Translations under genes and position numbers: made by a program
Assembly (NCBI GenBank): GCA_023227985.1
Contig: JALOCB010000003.1
Span: 5,260 to 69,259 of the forward strand
DNA from: Candidatus Omnitrophota bacterium
Lineage (GTDB): Bacteria > Omnitrophota > Gorgyraeia > Gygaellales > Profunditerraquicolaceae
Direction: 5' to 3'
DNA: 64,000 bases
Notes under the pieces: generated by a model
The model's database searches: none
What the model was told of the DNA's origin: nothing
The model's input: only the letters and a program-made list of their open reading frames with translations
Shown: positions 47,544 to 57,363 of the stretch, in pieces
Position numbering within the stretch: position 1 is the first letter of the stretch
How the letters are laid out: each line of letters begins with the position of its first letter

Positions 47544-48830
47544 ATGCGGAATATAATTTACATGATATTGGACGGATTGGCGGACCTGCCGGTCAAAGAG
47601 CTCGGGCAGAAAACCCCTTTAGAGGCGGCGTATACGCCTAATCTGGACCGATTGGCCCAGATGGGCGTCACCGGATCGGTTGATCCGGTTAAGGAAGGGA
47701 TATTCCCGGAATCCGATCTGGCGGTAATAAGCCTTTTAGGCTACGATGTCGGTAAATATTACACCGGACGCGGTCCTCTGGAGGCGTTTGCCTGCGGCAT
47801 AAGCATCGAAGACGGCAATCTCGCTTTGAGGGTTAATTTCGCCAGCGCGGATGATGATGGACGGATTATAATGGACCGGCGCTGCGCCAAAAGCCTTTCA
47901 TTTGAAGAGGCGTCGTTTTTGGCCGGCCAGATCAATTCCCGGGTGACTTTATCCGGCGCGACGTTTGAATTCAAGAATACTGTCGGCCACCGCGGGGTGC
48001 TGGTCATCCGGGGGATACGCTCTAAATTATCCGGATGGATAACTAACACTGACCCGGCATATGACCGCAGGGGGATATTGGGCGCTCCTTGCAAGGAATT
48101 TTCCAATAAGCTTTTGGATTGCCAGCCGATGCCCGGCTACGAGGATATGCCTCAGGCGGTCGAGGCCGCGAACCTGGTGAATGAATTCACCCGGAAATCC
48201 CATCAGGTGCTTAATGAATGCGGCGTTAACAAGAAGAGGCTGAGCGAGAACAAACTTCCGGCTAACCTGATCTTATCGCGTTATGCCGGGGACAGGCTGC
48301 CGGGTTTTGCGCCGATCGGCGAGCTTTATAAAGATATTAAATTCGGTTGTTTCGTGGAAATGCCGGTGGAAAGAGGGATCGCGCTTTTGACCGGAATGGA
48401 TATTATAGCCGTGCCTTCATCGAGCGGGCATATGGACGTGGATTATCCGGTATGGGCCAAGGTGGCTTTAGACGCAATGAACGGTTATAACGGGGTATAT
48501 ATACATATCAAAGGCCCTGATGAGGCCGGCCACGATAAAGACCATTTAAAGAAAAAAGCGGTTATCGAGGCGATAGATAAATTTCTTTTCGGCAATATTA
48601 TCCCTAACATCGATCTTAAAAAGACGATAGTTTGTGTCACCTCGGACCATATCACTGATTCTGTCCTGGGCCGGCATTCTTTTGGATGCGTTCCTCTGCT
48701 TATTTCCGGAGGCAAGATCAAGCCTGACGGGACATTGAGCTTCTCTGAAAAGGCGGCTAAGCTTGGCTCGTTGGGGTTGCTCAAGGGTCAGGATATTCTT
48801 GCCTTGCTTGTGAAAACCGCTCAAGGGTAG
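47544..48830 (+). CDS. apgM: Archaeal-type cofactor-independent phosphoglycerate mutase
   Basis: IIYMILDGLADLP, metal-binding SDH (VTSDHITD), about 430 aa. This is the ApgM family. Confidence 0.8.
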   Translation: MRNIIYMILDGLADLPVKELGQKTPLEAAYTPNLDRLAQMGVTGSVDPVKEGIFPESDLAVISLLGYDVGKYYTGRGPLEAFACGISIEDGNLALRVNFASADDDGRIIMDRRCAKSLSFEEASFLAGQINSRVTLSGATFEFKNTVGHRGVLVIRGIRSKLSGWITNTDPAYDRRGILGAPCKEFSNKLLDCQPMPGYEDMPQAVEAANLVNEFTRKSHQVLNECGVNKKRLSENKLPANLILSRYAGDRLPGFAPIGELYKDIKFGCFVEMPVERGIALLTGMDIIAVPSSSGHMDVDYPVWAKVALDAMNGYNGVYIHIKGPDEAGHDKDHLKKKAVIEAIDKFLFGNIIPNIDLKKTIVCVTSDHITDSVLGRHSFGCVPLLISGGKIKPDGTLSFSEKAAKLGSLGLLKGQDILALLVKTAQG

Positions 48831-48902
48831 TATAATACTCGCATTATAAATCAAATAGGTATAGATGGAGTTAAAGGCACGGGGAACAGGTTCTTTATTC
48901 CT

Positions 48903-50825
48903 ATGTCTTTAATTATGCCTCAAAATCCGGCAAGCATGAATAATTACGATGTCATAGTGATCGGCGCAGGGCACGCGGGCATAGAAGCCGCGTTAGCCGG
49001 CGCCAGGCTTGGTTGTAAGACGCTGATGGTCACTTTACGCGCTGATACCATCGGGCATATGAGCTGTAACCCGGCAATAGGCGGGGTGGGGAAAGGACAG
49101 TTGGTCAAAGAGATCGACGCCTTGGGCGGGGAAATGGGACTGGCCGCTGATGCCTGCGCCATGCAATTGCGTATCCTTAACGCCTCTAAAGGGGCGGCAG
49201 TCCAGTCATCCCGCGCCCAGATAGACCGTAAGCTTTATAAAGAATATATGATCCGGGCGGTCAGCGGTCAGGACGGCCTTTTTATTAAGGAGACTGAGGT
49301 ATCCGGGTTAATCATCGAGGGCGGCATGGTAAAAGGGGTGATCACGGATAAAGACGAGCGGATAAGCGCGGAATGCGTGGTTATCGCCTCAGGGACGTTC
49401 CTCGACGGATTGATTCACGTAGGGCTTAACCATTATCCCGGTGGCAGGATAAATGAGCCTGCCTCAGTCAAGCTCTCCGCCCGCCTTAAAGCAGAAGGCC
49501 TCAAACTTTTGCGTTTCAAGACCGGGACCTGCCCCCGGTTGGATAAAAAGAGCATTGATTATTCCAGGCTGATCGTGCAGGAAGGCGATAAGCCGCCCAA
49601 GCCGTTTTCTTTCTCTACCCCGCGAATAAGACAGGAACAAGTCCCCTGCCATATCACTTATACCAATCCCGGGACGCATCAGATCATCCGGGATAATCTG
49701 GATAAATCCCCGCTTTACGCCGGGATAATAAAGTCCACCGGCGTGCGCTATTGCCCGTCTATTGAGGATAAAATAGTCAAGTTCAGCGATAGACAAAGAC
49801 ACCAGGTATTCCTTGAGCCGGAAGGTTATGATACTGATCAGGTCTATCCTAATGGCCTGTCTACCAGTCTTCCGGAAGATATTCAGCTTAAAATGGTGCG
49901 TTCGATCGAAGGGTTAGAACAGGCGCGTATACTTCAGTTTGGCTATGGGATAGAGCATACGGTAGTTGAACCTACCCAGCTTTTTCCGACATTGGAAACT
50001 AAAGCTCTCGGCAATCTTTACCTGGCCGGGCAGATAAACGGGACCACCGGTTATGAAGAGGCCGCTGCCCAGGGGTTGGTCGCCGGGATCAACGCCGCTT
50101 TACGCTGCCAGAAAAGGGACCCTTTTGTACTTGACCGCGCCTCCAGTTATATAGGCGTGTTGATCGACGATCTTACTACAAAAGGGACTAATGAGCCGTA
50201 CCGGATGTTCACTTCCCGGGTAGAATACCGGTTGATCCTGCGCGAGGACAACGCGGACCTTAGGCTGACTCTTTTAGGCTATGATATCGGGCTGGTAAAA
50301 CATGATAAAGCCGCCCAGGTGAAGAAAAAACAGGAATTGATCGCGCAAGGCTTCGCCTATCTGAAAAAGACATCCTTAAAACCGTCGGCGAAACTTGATC
50401 TTCAACTGTCCGGAATGGATACTGCGGGATTAAAGAAAAAGACTGCTCTTGAGGATATCCTTAAGCGTCCGCAGATAGATTTTGCGAAATTGCGTTCGTT
50501 GGACGGGGTGAATATACAGCTCCCAGAATTAGTTTCCCAACAACTGGAAATCGAGGTAAAATATAAAGGATTTATCCAGCGTCAATGCAATGAAGTGGAA
50601 CGTTTCCGCAATCTGGAGAAGATAAGAATACCGGCGGGTATGGATTTCTCGCAGGTTAAAAGCCTTTCCCGGGAGATAAGGGAGAAGCTTGCCAAATTCA
50701 TGCCGATCAACCTGGGGCAGGCGGCGCGGATATCCGGGATCACGCCGGCGGCGATCTCAATGCTAATGGTTTTTTTAAGGAAAAATAATGCCGAGCACAG
50801 CAGAGATAAATTATCGCAGGCTTAA
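48903..50825 (+). CDS. mnmG: tRNA uridine 5-carboxymethylaminomethyl modification enzyme MnmG (GidA)
   Basis: FAD-binding YDVIVIGAGHAGIEAALA. Conserved GQINGTTGYEEAAAQG. 640 aa. Confidence 0.9.
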   Translation: MSLIMPQNPASMNNYDVIVIGAGHAGIEAALAGARLGCKTLMVTLRADTIGHMSCNPAIGGVGKGQLVKEIDALGGEMGLAADACAMQLRILNASKGAAVQSSRAQIDRKLYKEYMIRAVSGQDGLFIKETEVSGLIIEGGMVKGVITDKDERISAECVVIASGTFLDGLIHVGLNHYPGGRINEPASVKLSARLKAEGLKLLRFKTGTCPRLDKKSIDYSRLIVQEGDKPPKPFSFSTPRIRQEQVPCHITYTNPGTHQIIRDNLDKSPLYAGIIKSTGVRYCPSIEDKIVKFSDRQRHQVFLEPEGYDTDQVYPNGLSTSLPEDIQLKMVRSIEGLEQARILQFGYGIEHTVVEPTQLFPTLETKALGNLYLAGQINGTTGYEEAAAQGLVAGINAALRCQKRDPFVLDRASSYIGVLIDDLTTKGTNEPYRMFTSRVEYRLILREDNADLRLTLLGYDIGLVKHDKAAQVKKKQELIAQGFAYLKKTSLKPSAKLDLQLSGMDTAGLKKKTALEDILKRPQIDFAKLRSLDGVNIQLPELVSQQLEIEVKYKGFIQRQCNEVERFRNLEKIRIPAGMDFSQVKSLSREIREKLAKFMPINLGQAARISGITPAAISMLMVFLRKNNAEHSRDKLSQA

Positions 50826-51471
50826 AAAGTTATGCCTGGATTCCGGGGCAGGCCTGTTCGGCGTAGCGGACATATCCGGGATAAAAAAAGATTTCCTTCT
50901 TTCCCCGGGAATACTTCCTAAATGCGCCAGCGCGGTCGTTTTAGGCGCCGGGCTTTGCCGCGGGGTATTGGAAGATATAAACGGCGCTCCTACCAGGCTT
51001 TATTTCCACCATTATAAAATAGTTAATTCGTTTCTGGACATGACCGCTTTTAAGCTCGCCGGTTTTATCCAGAAGCAGGGTTATTTCAGTCTTCCCATAC
51101 CCGCCACTCAAATCGTCGACTGGAAAAAACAATCGGCGCATTTGTCGCATAAGAAAATCGGATACCTCGCCGGTATAGGTTGGATCGGCAGGAATAACCT
51201 GCTGGTAAATAAAGAGCTCGGGGCCGCGTTCAGGCTTACCTGCGTGCTTACCGATATGCCCGTCAAAAGAGATAAACCTTCAAAAGAAAACTGCGCGTCA
51301 TGCCGGAGCTGCGTTAATGTCTGCCCGGGCAAGGCCATCGGAGAAAGACCCGAGGATTTCGACCATATGAAATGTTTTGAACAGATGAAGATATTCCAGG
51401 GCCCGCGTCAGGTCGAGCAGTATGTTTGCGGGGTCTGTATAAAGGTCTGCGGGAGAAAAAATGAGGGGTAA
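50788..51471 (+). CDS. 4Fe-4S cluster protein, epoxyqueuosine reductase (QueG)-like; start uncertain
   Basis: CASCRSCVNVCP and CGVCIKVC motifs. The listed start overlaps mnmG by 38 nt. Confidence 0.4.
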   Translation: MPSTAEINYRRLKKLCLDSGAGLFGVADISGIKKDFLLSPGILPKCASAVVLGAGLCRGVLEDINGAPTRLYFHHYKIVNSFLDMTAFKLAGFIQKQGYFSLPIPATQIVDWKKQSAHLSHKKIGYLAGIGWIGRNNLLVNKELGAAFRLTCVLTDMPVKRDKPSKENCASCRSCVNVCPGKAIGERPEDFDHMKCFEQMKIFQGPRQVEQYVCGVCIKVCGRKNEG

Positions 51472-52318
51472 GTTTTTTGCGTTTGTTTTTTTAACCTTCT
51501 TCACGCTCATAACATTTGGGGCGTATGCCGCTGATGACGAAATTCTGATAGAGGGGCCGGAGAAGATGGCGAAGTTCGCCGAGCCCTGGGTGGAAAAATT
51601 CCGGCAGGATGAGCCCGGGGTTGCCATACGCTTCGCTGTGTGTACGGCGAGAGAAGGTTTTACTGACCTGTCCCTCGGGGAATGCGATATTGTTATAAAC
51701 GTGTCCCGGCCCCAAGATATCTTTAGATGGGAAGAGAGTAAGGTAAATAAAACCGTGGTGGCCGCGGAAGGGGTTGTTTTTGTGGTAAATCCGCAGAATC
51801 CGGTTGATAAGCTTACTATGAGCGAACTCGCAGATATCCTGTCAGGGGAGACGATAAATTGGGAGGATGTGGGCGGAGCATTCGGAGAGATAACCGTGTA
51901 TGGGCCTCCGGCTAATTCCTGGGTAAATGATTTTGTTGAAGAAAGCATTTTGAGCGTTTTTTCGCCTTCCGGCAAGAAAAATATCGCTTACCGGGTGAAT
52001 GATTTTCTTTCGAATGCCGAGATACGCCAACAGGTGGCCGTACAGCCGTTAGCCTTGGGTTATTATCCCGGGACCTATGTCCCCGCCGGACTGAAGATGT
52101 TATCCGTAGCGAGCCCCACTTCCGGAGAATACTTTACCCCGGTCAAAGATAAGATGCTTGATGCGCGTTATCCTGTTCAGCGCCCTGTTTTTTTCTGGAC
52201 CAGCGGGTCAAATCCCGCGGTCAGGATGTTCATCGAACGCGTTCTTTCCAGGGATTATCAGGAGATGCTTTCTGCCTATGGGTTTTATCCGGCGGCGGCG
52301 AATGACAAAAGCGAGTGA
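51461..52318 (+). CDS. Periplasmic substrate-binding protein (PstS/PBP-like), putative
   Basis: Signal peptide FAFVFLTFFTLITFGAYA. Periplasmic-binding-protein-like composition. Weak identification. Confidence 0.4.
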   Translation: MRGKFFAFVFLTFFTLITFGAYAADDEILIEGPEKMAKFAEPWVEKFRQDEPGVAIRFAVCTAREGFTDLSLGECDIVINVSRPQDIFRWEESKVNKTVVAAEGVVFVVNPQNPVDKLTMSELADILSGETINWEDVGGAFGEITVYGPPANSWVNDFVEESILSVFSPSGKKNIAYRVNDFLSNAEIRQQVAVQPLALGYYPGTYVPAGLKMLSVASPTSGEYFTPVKDKMLDARYPVQRPVFFWTSGSNPAVRMFIERVLSRDYQEMLSAYGFYPAAANDKSE

Positions 52319-52341
52319 TCCATTAAAACAGAGGGGTTAAT

Positions 52342-53268
52342 ATGATCAATGAAAGCCTTAAGAATTTGTTTTCAAACATCGAAAAGGTGATCATCGGAAA
52401 ATCCGAGACCATACGCTTATTGATAATCGGGATGCTGACCAACGGACATATCCTGATCGAGGATGTCCCGGGCCTGGGCAAGACCATGCTGTCATTGGCT
52501 TTGGCCAAATCCATCGGCGGAGATTTCAAGAGGATCCAATTCACCCCGGACCTTCTGCCTTCGGATGTAACGGGGGGTTCGATCTACAACCCCAAGACCG
52601 GCGAGTTTGATTTCCGCAAGGGCCCGGTCTTCACCAATATCCTTCTGGCGGATGAAATAAACCGGACCACCCCCAGGACTCAGTCGGCGCTTTTGGAGTG
52701 TATGCAGGAAAGCCGGGTCACTCTTGACGGCCAGACCTTTGTTCTGCCCGCGCCTTTTATGGTCATCGCCACACAGAATCCTATTGAGCATCAGGGCACG
52801 TATTCTTTGCCTGAGGCGCAGGTGGACCGCTTCCTGATGAAGATCGATATGGGTTATCTCAGCACGGCCGAAGAGGTCAAGGTGATCAGCGGCCAGAAGG
52901 TCAAGCATCCTGTCGATGATGTCCTGCCGGCAATGGAACTCGTCGAAGTTCTCAGGCTGCAGGCGGAAGTAAAGAACGTGGATATCTCCGAAAATGTCCT
53001 GGAATATATCGTAAAGCTGGTATCGTCCACCCGCAGGCAGGATGATATAAAATTGGGGGCCAGCCCGCGCGCGTCCATAGCTTTGATGAAAGCGGGTTCC
53101 GCCTGGGCTTTCCTGGAAGGCCGTAATTATGTGGTCCCCGACGACATAGTAAAGCTCCTGCCGTGGGTCTTAAAACACAGGATCGTGCTGCAGCATAAGG
53201 CGCTTATCGCCGGGCATACTGCGGATTCGGTGATAAGCGAGATCATCAAAAGCGTACCAATACCATAG
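52342..53268 (+). CDS. MoxR-family AAA+ ATPase
   Basis: Walker A GVPGLGKT, Walker B ILLADEINR. MoxR-type sensor region. Confidence 0.85.
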   Translation: MINESLKNLFSNIEKVIIGKSETIRLLIIGMLTNGHILIEDVPGLGKTMLSLALAKSIGGDFKRIQFTPDLLPSDVTGGSIYNPKTGEFDFRKGPVFTNILLADEINRTTPRTQSALLECMQESRVTLDGQTFVLPAPFMVIATQNPIEHQGTYSLPEAQVDRFLMKIDMGYLSTAEEVKVISGQKVKHPVDDVLPAMELVEVLRLQAEVKNVDISENVLEYIVKLVSSTRRQDDIKLGASPRASIALMKAGSAWAFLEGRNYVVPDDIVKLLPWVLKHRIVLQHKALIAGHTADSVISEIIKSVPIP

Positions 53269-53272
53269 TTTT

Positions 53273-54523
53273 ATGTTCAGGAAATGCGCGGTAAAATGGG
53301 GTTTTCTGCTGTTGATCGCGGCCGCTAATTTTATCATCGGCTACAGGACTTCCATAAAATTCTTCTATTTTTTCTTCGGGTTCCTCTTTTGTTTTATCTT
53401 TCTTTCATTATTCTACGCCTTCCTGTCCGCGTTTATAGCCAGAATATCGTTTACGCGTAAAGCCGGCGCTAAAGTAGTTGAAGACGACGCCCTCGAGATT
53501 GAGGTAACGCTTAGCAACAAAACAATATTGCCGTTGTTTAACGTGGTTATGGAAGACGCGCTGCCTTGCGCCGCGCCGGGGGGGAAGGCTGAATTTATCT
53601 TTTTTGACGGCCTTGCCCCAGGCTCCACCCTGGTGATCAAATACAACTGTGCCTGTCCGGACAGGGGCATATATATGTTAGGCCCTTTTAAGGCGTATTT
53701 TTTCGATCCCCTGGGCCTGTTTTTCTTTGAAAAGCGGTATAACGTATATTCCCAGGTCTATGTTTATCCCAGGGTGTTCCCTATATACAAATTCCCGCGT
53801 TTAGCTAAGGGCGTCCAGCCGTGGTTCGGCATAAATACCGCACGTTCTAGCGGGGATGAGGACGAGTTCTTCGGGGTCAGGGAATATAAGGATGGCGATC
53901 CGATAAAACGGATACACTGGCCTTCTACCGCTAAAAAGAACCGGCTGATAGTAAAACAATTCCAGAACCAGAGTTTTCACCGGGCGACGGTCATATTCAA
54001 TCTGGAAAAGGATAAGGACTACGGCCAGGGCAAGGAAAGTATTGCCGAATACACCGTAAGAATAGCCGCTTCGGTATGCAAATATCTTTTTGACAGCAAT
54101 GTATCGATAGAAATGATCGCGCACGCCGGCGAGATCGTCCATATTCCGTTCAACCGGGGTTCGGAACACTTGGATAATATCTTTAAATTCCTGGCTATGG
54201 CCAGGCCGGAAAGCGGGGTGGGGCTGGCCGAGATAATCCCGGAATTCCTGAGTTATATCCCTGACGATACCACATTGATAATTGTAGCTACAGTAGAGGA
54301 CCTGGGTTATATCGCCCAGATGCTTCCTTTGGCCAAAGGCAATATATCGCTTATTCCGCTGGTCTTGATATCATCCACGTTCCTGGAGCCTTCCGGCAAA
54401 CTGGAAAAAGCGGATATCCTCAAAGATATAAATATACACATCCCGGGGTTAGTTAATTTTAATCCGGTGTTCTTTACCTGCGGGGTCTCGCCGCAAGAAA
54501 GCTTCCTGAAGATAAGTCAATGA
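53273..54523 (+). CDS. DUF58-family protein (MoxR partner)
   Basis: N-terminal TM helices. Conserved GDEDEFFGVREYKDGDPIKRIHW motif typical of DUF58. Confidence 0.7.
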   Translation: MFRKCAVKWGFLLLIAAANFIIGYRTSIKFFYFFFGFLFCFIFLSLFYAFLSAFIARISFTRKAGAKVVEDDALEIEVTLSNKTILPLFNVVMEDALPCAAPGGKAEFIFFDGLAPGSTLVIKYNCACPDRGIYMLGPFKAYFFDPLGLFFFEKRYNVYSQVYVYPRVFPIYKFPRLAKGVQPWFGINTARSSGDEDEFFGVREYKDGDPIKRIHWPSTAKKNRLIVKQFQNQSFHRATVIFNLEKDKDYGQGKESIAEYTVRIAASVCKYLFDSNVSIEMIAHAGEIVHIPFNRGSEHLDNIFKFLAMARPESGVGLAEIIPEFLSYIPDDTTLIIVATVEDLGYIAQMLPLAKGNISLIPLVLISSTFLEPSGKLEKADILKDINIHIPGLVNFNPVFFTCGVSPQESFLKISQ

Positions 54524-57363
54524 AAGAAAAAGACCGTTTTCTGTCAGTTGAAATGTTTATTACCGCCTGCCTTGTGTGCTCTGCCGCTTTTCTGGTAGAG
54601 CGGCAGGTATCGTTTTATTTCCCGCTTTTGATAATAGGCCTTGCTTGCGGTTTGAGCTTCAGTTGGCTGACGCGGAACAAAGCTGTAACTTGGTTGAATA
54701 GCGCGATCGGCGTAAGCGCGGTGATTATTTTATCCTGGCTGGTTTTTTCAGTTTATACTTCTTCTTTTGTTTACCGTGGTGTGGTCGCTTTATGCCTGAA
54801 AGGGATGATCGCGCTGATCATCGTCTTAAGTTTTAACGCCGCCTCGCCAAGGGTGCTTTCCGACATACAGGCATTAAGCCTGCCGTTATTTATGGGCCAC
54901 GCGGTTTGGTTAAGGCAATATTCCGGTGAAGCCGCTTTCGCGGTGCTGGCTTATCTTGTCTTTGGGGCGTTTGTTCTTAAAGTCAAATTCCGGGGTTCAT
55001 TTAAGAACGTTTCCCCGGAGCTCTTTCAGGGCAACCGGTCTTTTTTGATACTTATATCGTTTTTTCTTTGTTCCATCTCCGGCGCCTGGATGATCGCGTC
55101 AAATTGCAAAAAAACTGACCTGAGCGGCGGGGTCCTGCGTGTCGCCGGCGCAGGCGGGTATTCCCCGGCGGAGGAAATGGATAAACAGAATTACGAACTG
55201 CAGGATAAATTGCAAGAGCGGATGCAGCGCTTGATATTGAGATCCGGCTCGGGTGGGGGAAGCCCGGCGGTGTTTTCCGCTTTAAGCGTTTTGTTGAATA
55301 AAGAAAGCGCTGTCCTTGATCTGGATAGGGCTGAACAGTCCCTGGCGGATTTTATCAGGGGAAGCGGGTATATCAAGGGCGATGAGCTGGTTACGCTGGA
55401 AAGCAGTTTGGACAGGAAGATAGCTTATAATAGCGGCAAGATCCGGGATGATATAAACAACAGCCTTAGAAAGAGCCCGTTCAATATTAAGGACAGGATG
55501 AAAATTTTAAGCAGGCTTGACCGGTTTGACAGCCGGGATCCATCCCCTGCGTTTTTTGATCTGGAAGGGGATATCCAGGATGTGATTCAGAGTTCCTCAT
55601 TTGCCTCCGGGCTGAAGAAAGAAATATCGGAATTGGCCTCCTCGCTTAAGGATTGGAAATCCCTGGCGCTTTACCGCGAAAAGAATAAATCGCTAAAGGG
55701 GCGCGTGGAACTGTTGAAAAAAGGATTAAAAGAGGAAATCGCCAAGCTGCTCTGGCAAGTCGGTAAAGCCCGGGAGCCCGCGGATGTCAGGGAAATAGCC
55801 GCGGAGATCGAAAGGCTTAAAAAAGGCCTGTCCGGCGATACTCGGGATATCGTTAATGGGATAAAAGAGTCGCTGGACCTGAAAGCCGGGATGATCATCT
55901 CTGAGGGGTTCCGGGAATCCGGAGAAAAGCTTAAGGCTTTAGGTTTATCCGAAGATGACCAAAGGATCGTTCAAAAGGGCATAGATAATCTTAAGAAAAC
56001 CCGGGATCACCGGGATTTTCTGAAAAAATACGAGGAATTAGAAAGAGTATTAGAGGATAATGATCTGCGGTCCGATGGGTTAATAGGGAAAAGCGTTGAG
56101 GCTTTAAGAGAAAACTTTATCAGAAAGATAAAAAACAGGATCGCTCAGGCGTTGGAAGGGAGCGGGCTGCCTGACAACGGGGAAAAGATCATGAGCTTGG
56201 TGCGGGGAATGGAGTCATCCGGGACAGCGCAGGGATTGGATAATTCCGCCGGTAAGGCCAAAGGCCTGGTTGATGACGCCAAGAGCAAAGGTTTTATTAC
56301 CGAGGAGACAGGGGGCGATATTAAAGGGGGTATTGACGGGATTACCGGGTTGATGAAAGAGCAAAAGGATGTTTCTGCCCAAGGCGGCCAAGATGTGTCT
56401 GAGCCGGAAAGCGCGATCAGAGCACAGACCGATAGTATCGGCTCTAGTCTGGAACAAAGCGGGCTTGCTGACTCCGGCGAAGATATTATGAATTTGGTAA
56501 GGTATATGGCGTCAGCCGGGTCTGAGCAGGATCTTAATGACGCCGCAGATGAAGCCGAAGTCAGGGAAGGGGACGCGGAAAATGGAACATTATCTGATGA
56601 TTATCAGCAAAGTATGCTTTCTGCCATTAAAGGATCGGATCTGGGTGAAGATGAACAAAAGGCTTTAAGCCGTTTAACCGAAGGGTTATTTAAAGCCCAG
56701 ACAATAGCGCAGATGGAAAAGTCGAACGAAGGAGTAAAAGAGCAGGTTAGATCGTTGAGACAAGGCGTTTCCGAAAAAGACTGGCCGGATAAGTTCGCTG
56801 CTGAATTCCAGGAAATCAAGGATATGCTTAAGATGATCAAGATAGGGGAGCGGAATGTCCGGTTAAGGAATACGCTGGAACAATTGAAAAGCATTGATCC
56901 GGATAACGCCGAGGGGTTCGCGGAACAGATGGATAAAATCGTAAAAAGCAAGACCGCGGAAGAGGCGGATGAGGAAATTAAAAAGCTTGAACAAAGTCTG
57001 AAGAACAATCCGGGCTTTCTGTTTAATAAATCTTTTAAAAAAAACGAACCCTCCCCCGGGTTGCGGATCGATCTTCTCCCCCGCCGGGTCGTTATGCCTA
57101 AAGGCGGGTATATTTTTTTGCGGCCTGTCGCGGTTTATGACGGCGTAGATATAAGGGATATAAGCGCTGAAGTGGAATGGGTTTCCCGGGAACCGGTAAT
57201 AGCGCGCGTGGATAAAAGAGGCGCGGTAACCGCTTTAGCCCCCGGCGATACGATGGTCTTCTGCCGGTTTAAAGGTGTCGAAAGTCAAAAGGCCCGGATA
57301 AAAGTTATCGCGGCTATCGGGGAAGATGTTTATAAAACCCTTAAAAGAGAGTTGGAAAAGTGA
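54520..57363 (+). CDS. Large membrane protein (947 aa) with polytopic N-terminus, internal sequence repeats and a C-terminal Big_2-like domain
   Basis: Five or more TM helices in the first 200 aa. A repeated unit SGLPDNGEKIMSLVRGMESSGTAQGLDN occurs again as SGLADSGEDIMNLVRYMASAGSEQDLND. The C-terminal beta-rich domain resembles bacterial Ig-like domains. Confidence 0.5.
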   Translation: MKEKDRFLSVEMFITACLVCSAAFLVERQVSFYFPLLIIGLACGLSFSWLTRNKAVTWLNSAIGVSAVIILSWLVFSVYTSSFVYRGVVALCLKGMIALIIVLSFNAASPRVLSDIQALSLPLFMGHAVWLRQYSGEAAFAVLAYLVFGAFVLKVKFRGSFKNVSPELFQGNRSFLILISFFLCSISGAWMIASNCKKTDLSGGVLRVAGAGGYSPAEEMDKQNYELQDKLQERMQRLILRSGSGGGSPAVFSALSVLLNKESAVLDLDRAEQSLADFIRGSGYIKGDELVTLESSLDRKIAYNSGKIRDDINNSLRKSPFNIKDRMKILSRLDRFDSRDPSPAFFDLEGDIQDVIQSSSFASGLKKEISELASSLKDWKSLALYREKNKSLKGRVELLKKGLKEEIAKLLWQVGKAREPADVREIAAEIERLKKGLSGDTRDIVNGIKESLDLKAGMIISEGFRESGEKLKALGLSEDDQRIVQKGIDNLKKTRDHRDFLKKYEELERVLEDNDLRSDGLIGKSVEALRENFIRKIKNRIAQALEGSGLPDNGEKIMSLVRGMESSGTAQGLDNSAGKAKGLVDDAKSKGFITEETGGDIKGGIDGITGLMKEQKDVSAQGGQDVSEPESAIRAQTDSIGSSLEQSGLADSGEDIMNLVRYMASAGSEQDLNDAADEAEVREGDAENGTLSDDYQQSMLSAIKGSDLGEDEQKALSRLTEGLFKAQTIAQMEKSNEGVKEQVRSLRQGVSEKDWPDKFAAEFQEIKDMLKMIKIGERNVRLRNTLEQLKSIDPDNAEGFAEQMDKIVKSKTAEEADEEIKKLEQSLKNNPGFLFNKSFKKNEPSPGLRIDLLPRRVVMPKGGYIFLRPVAVYDGVDIRDISAEVEWVSREPVIARVDKRGAVTALAPGDTMVFCRFKGVESQKARIKVIAAIGEDVYKTLKRELEK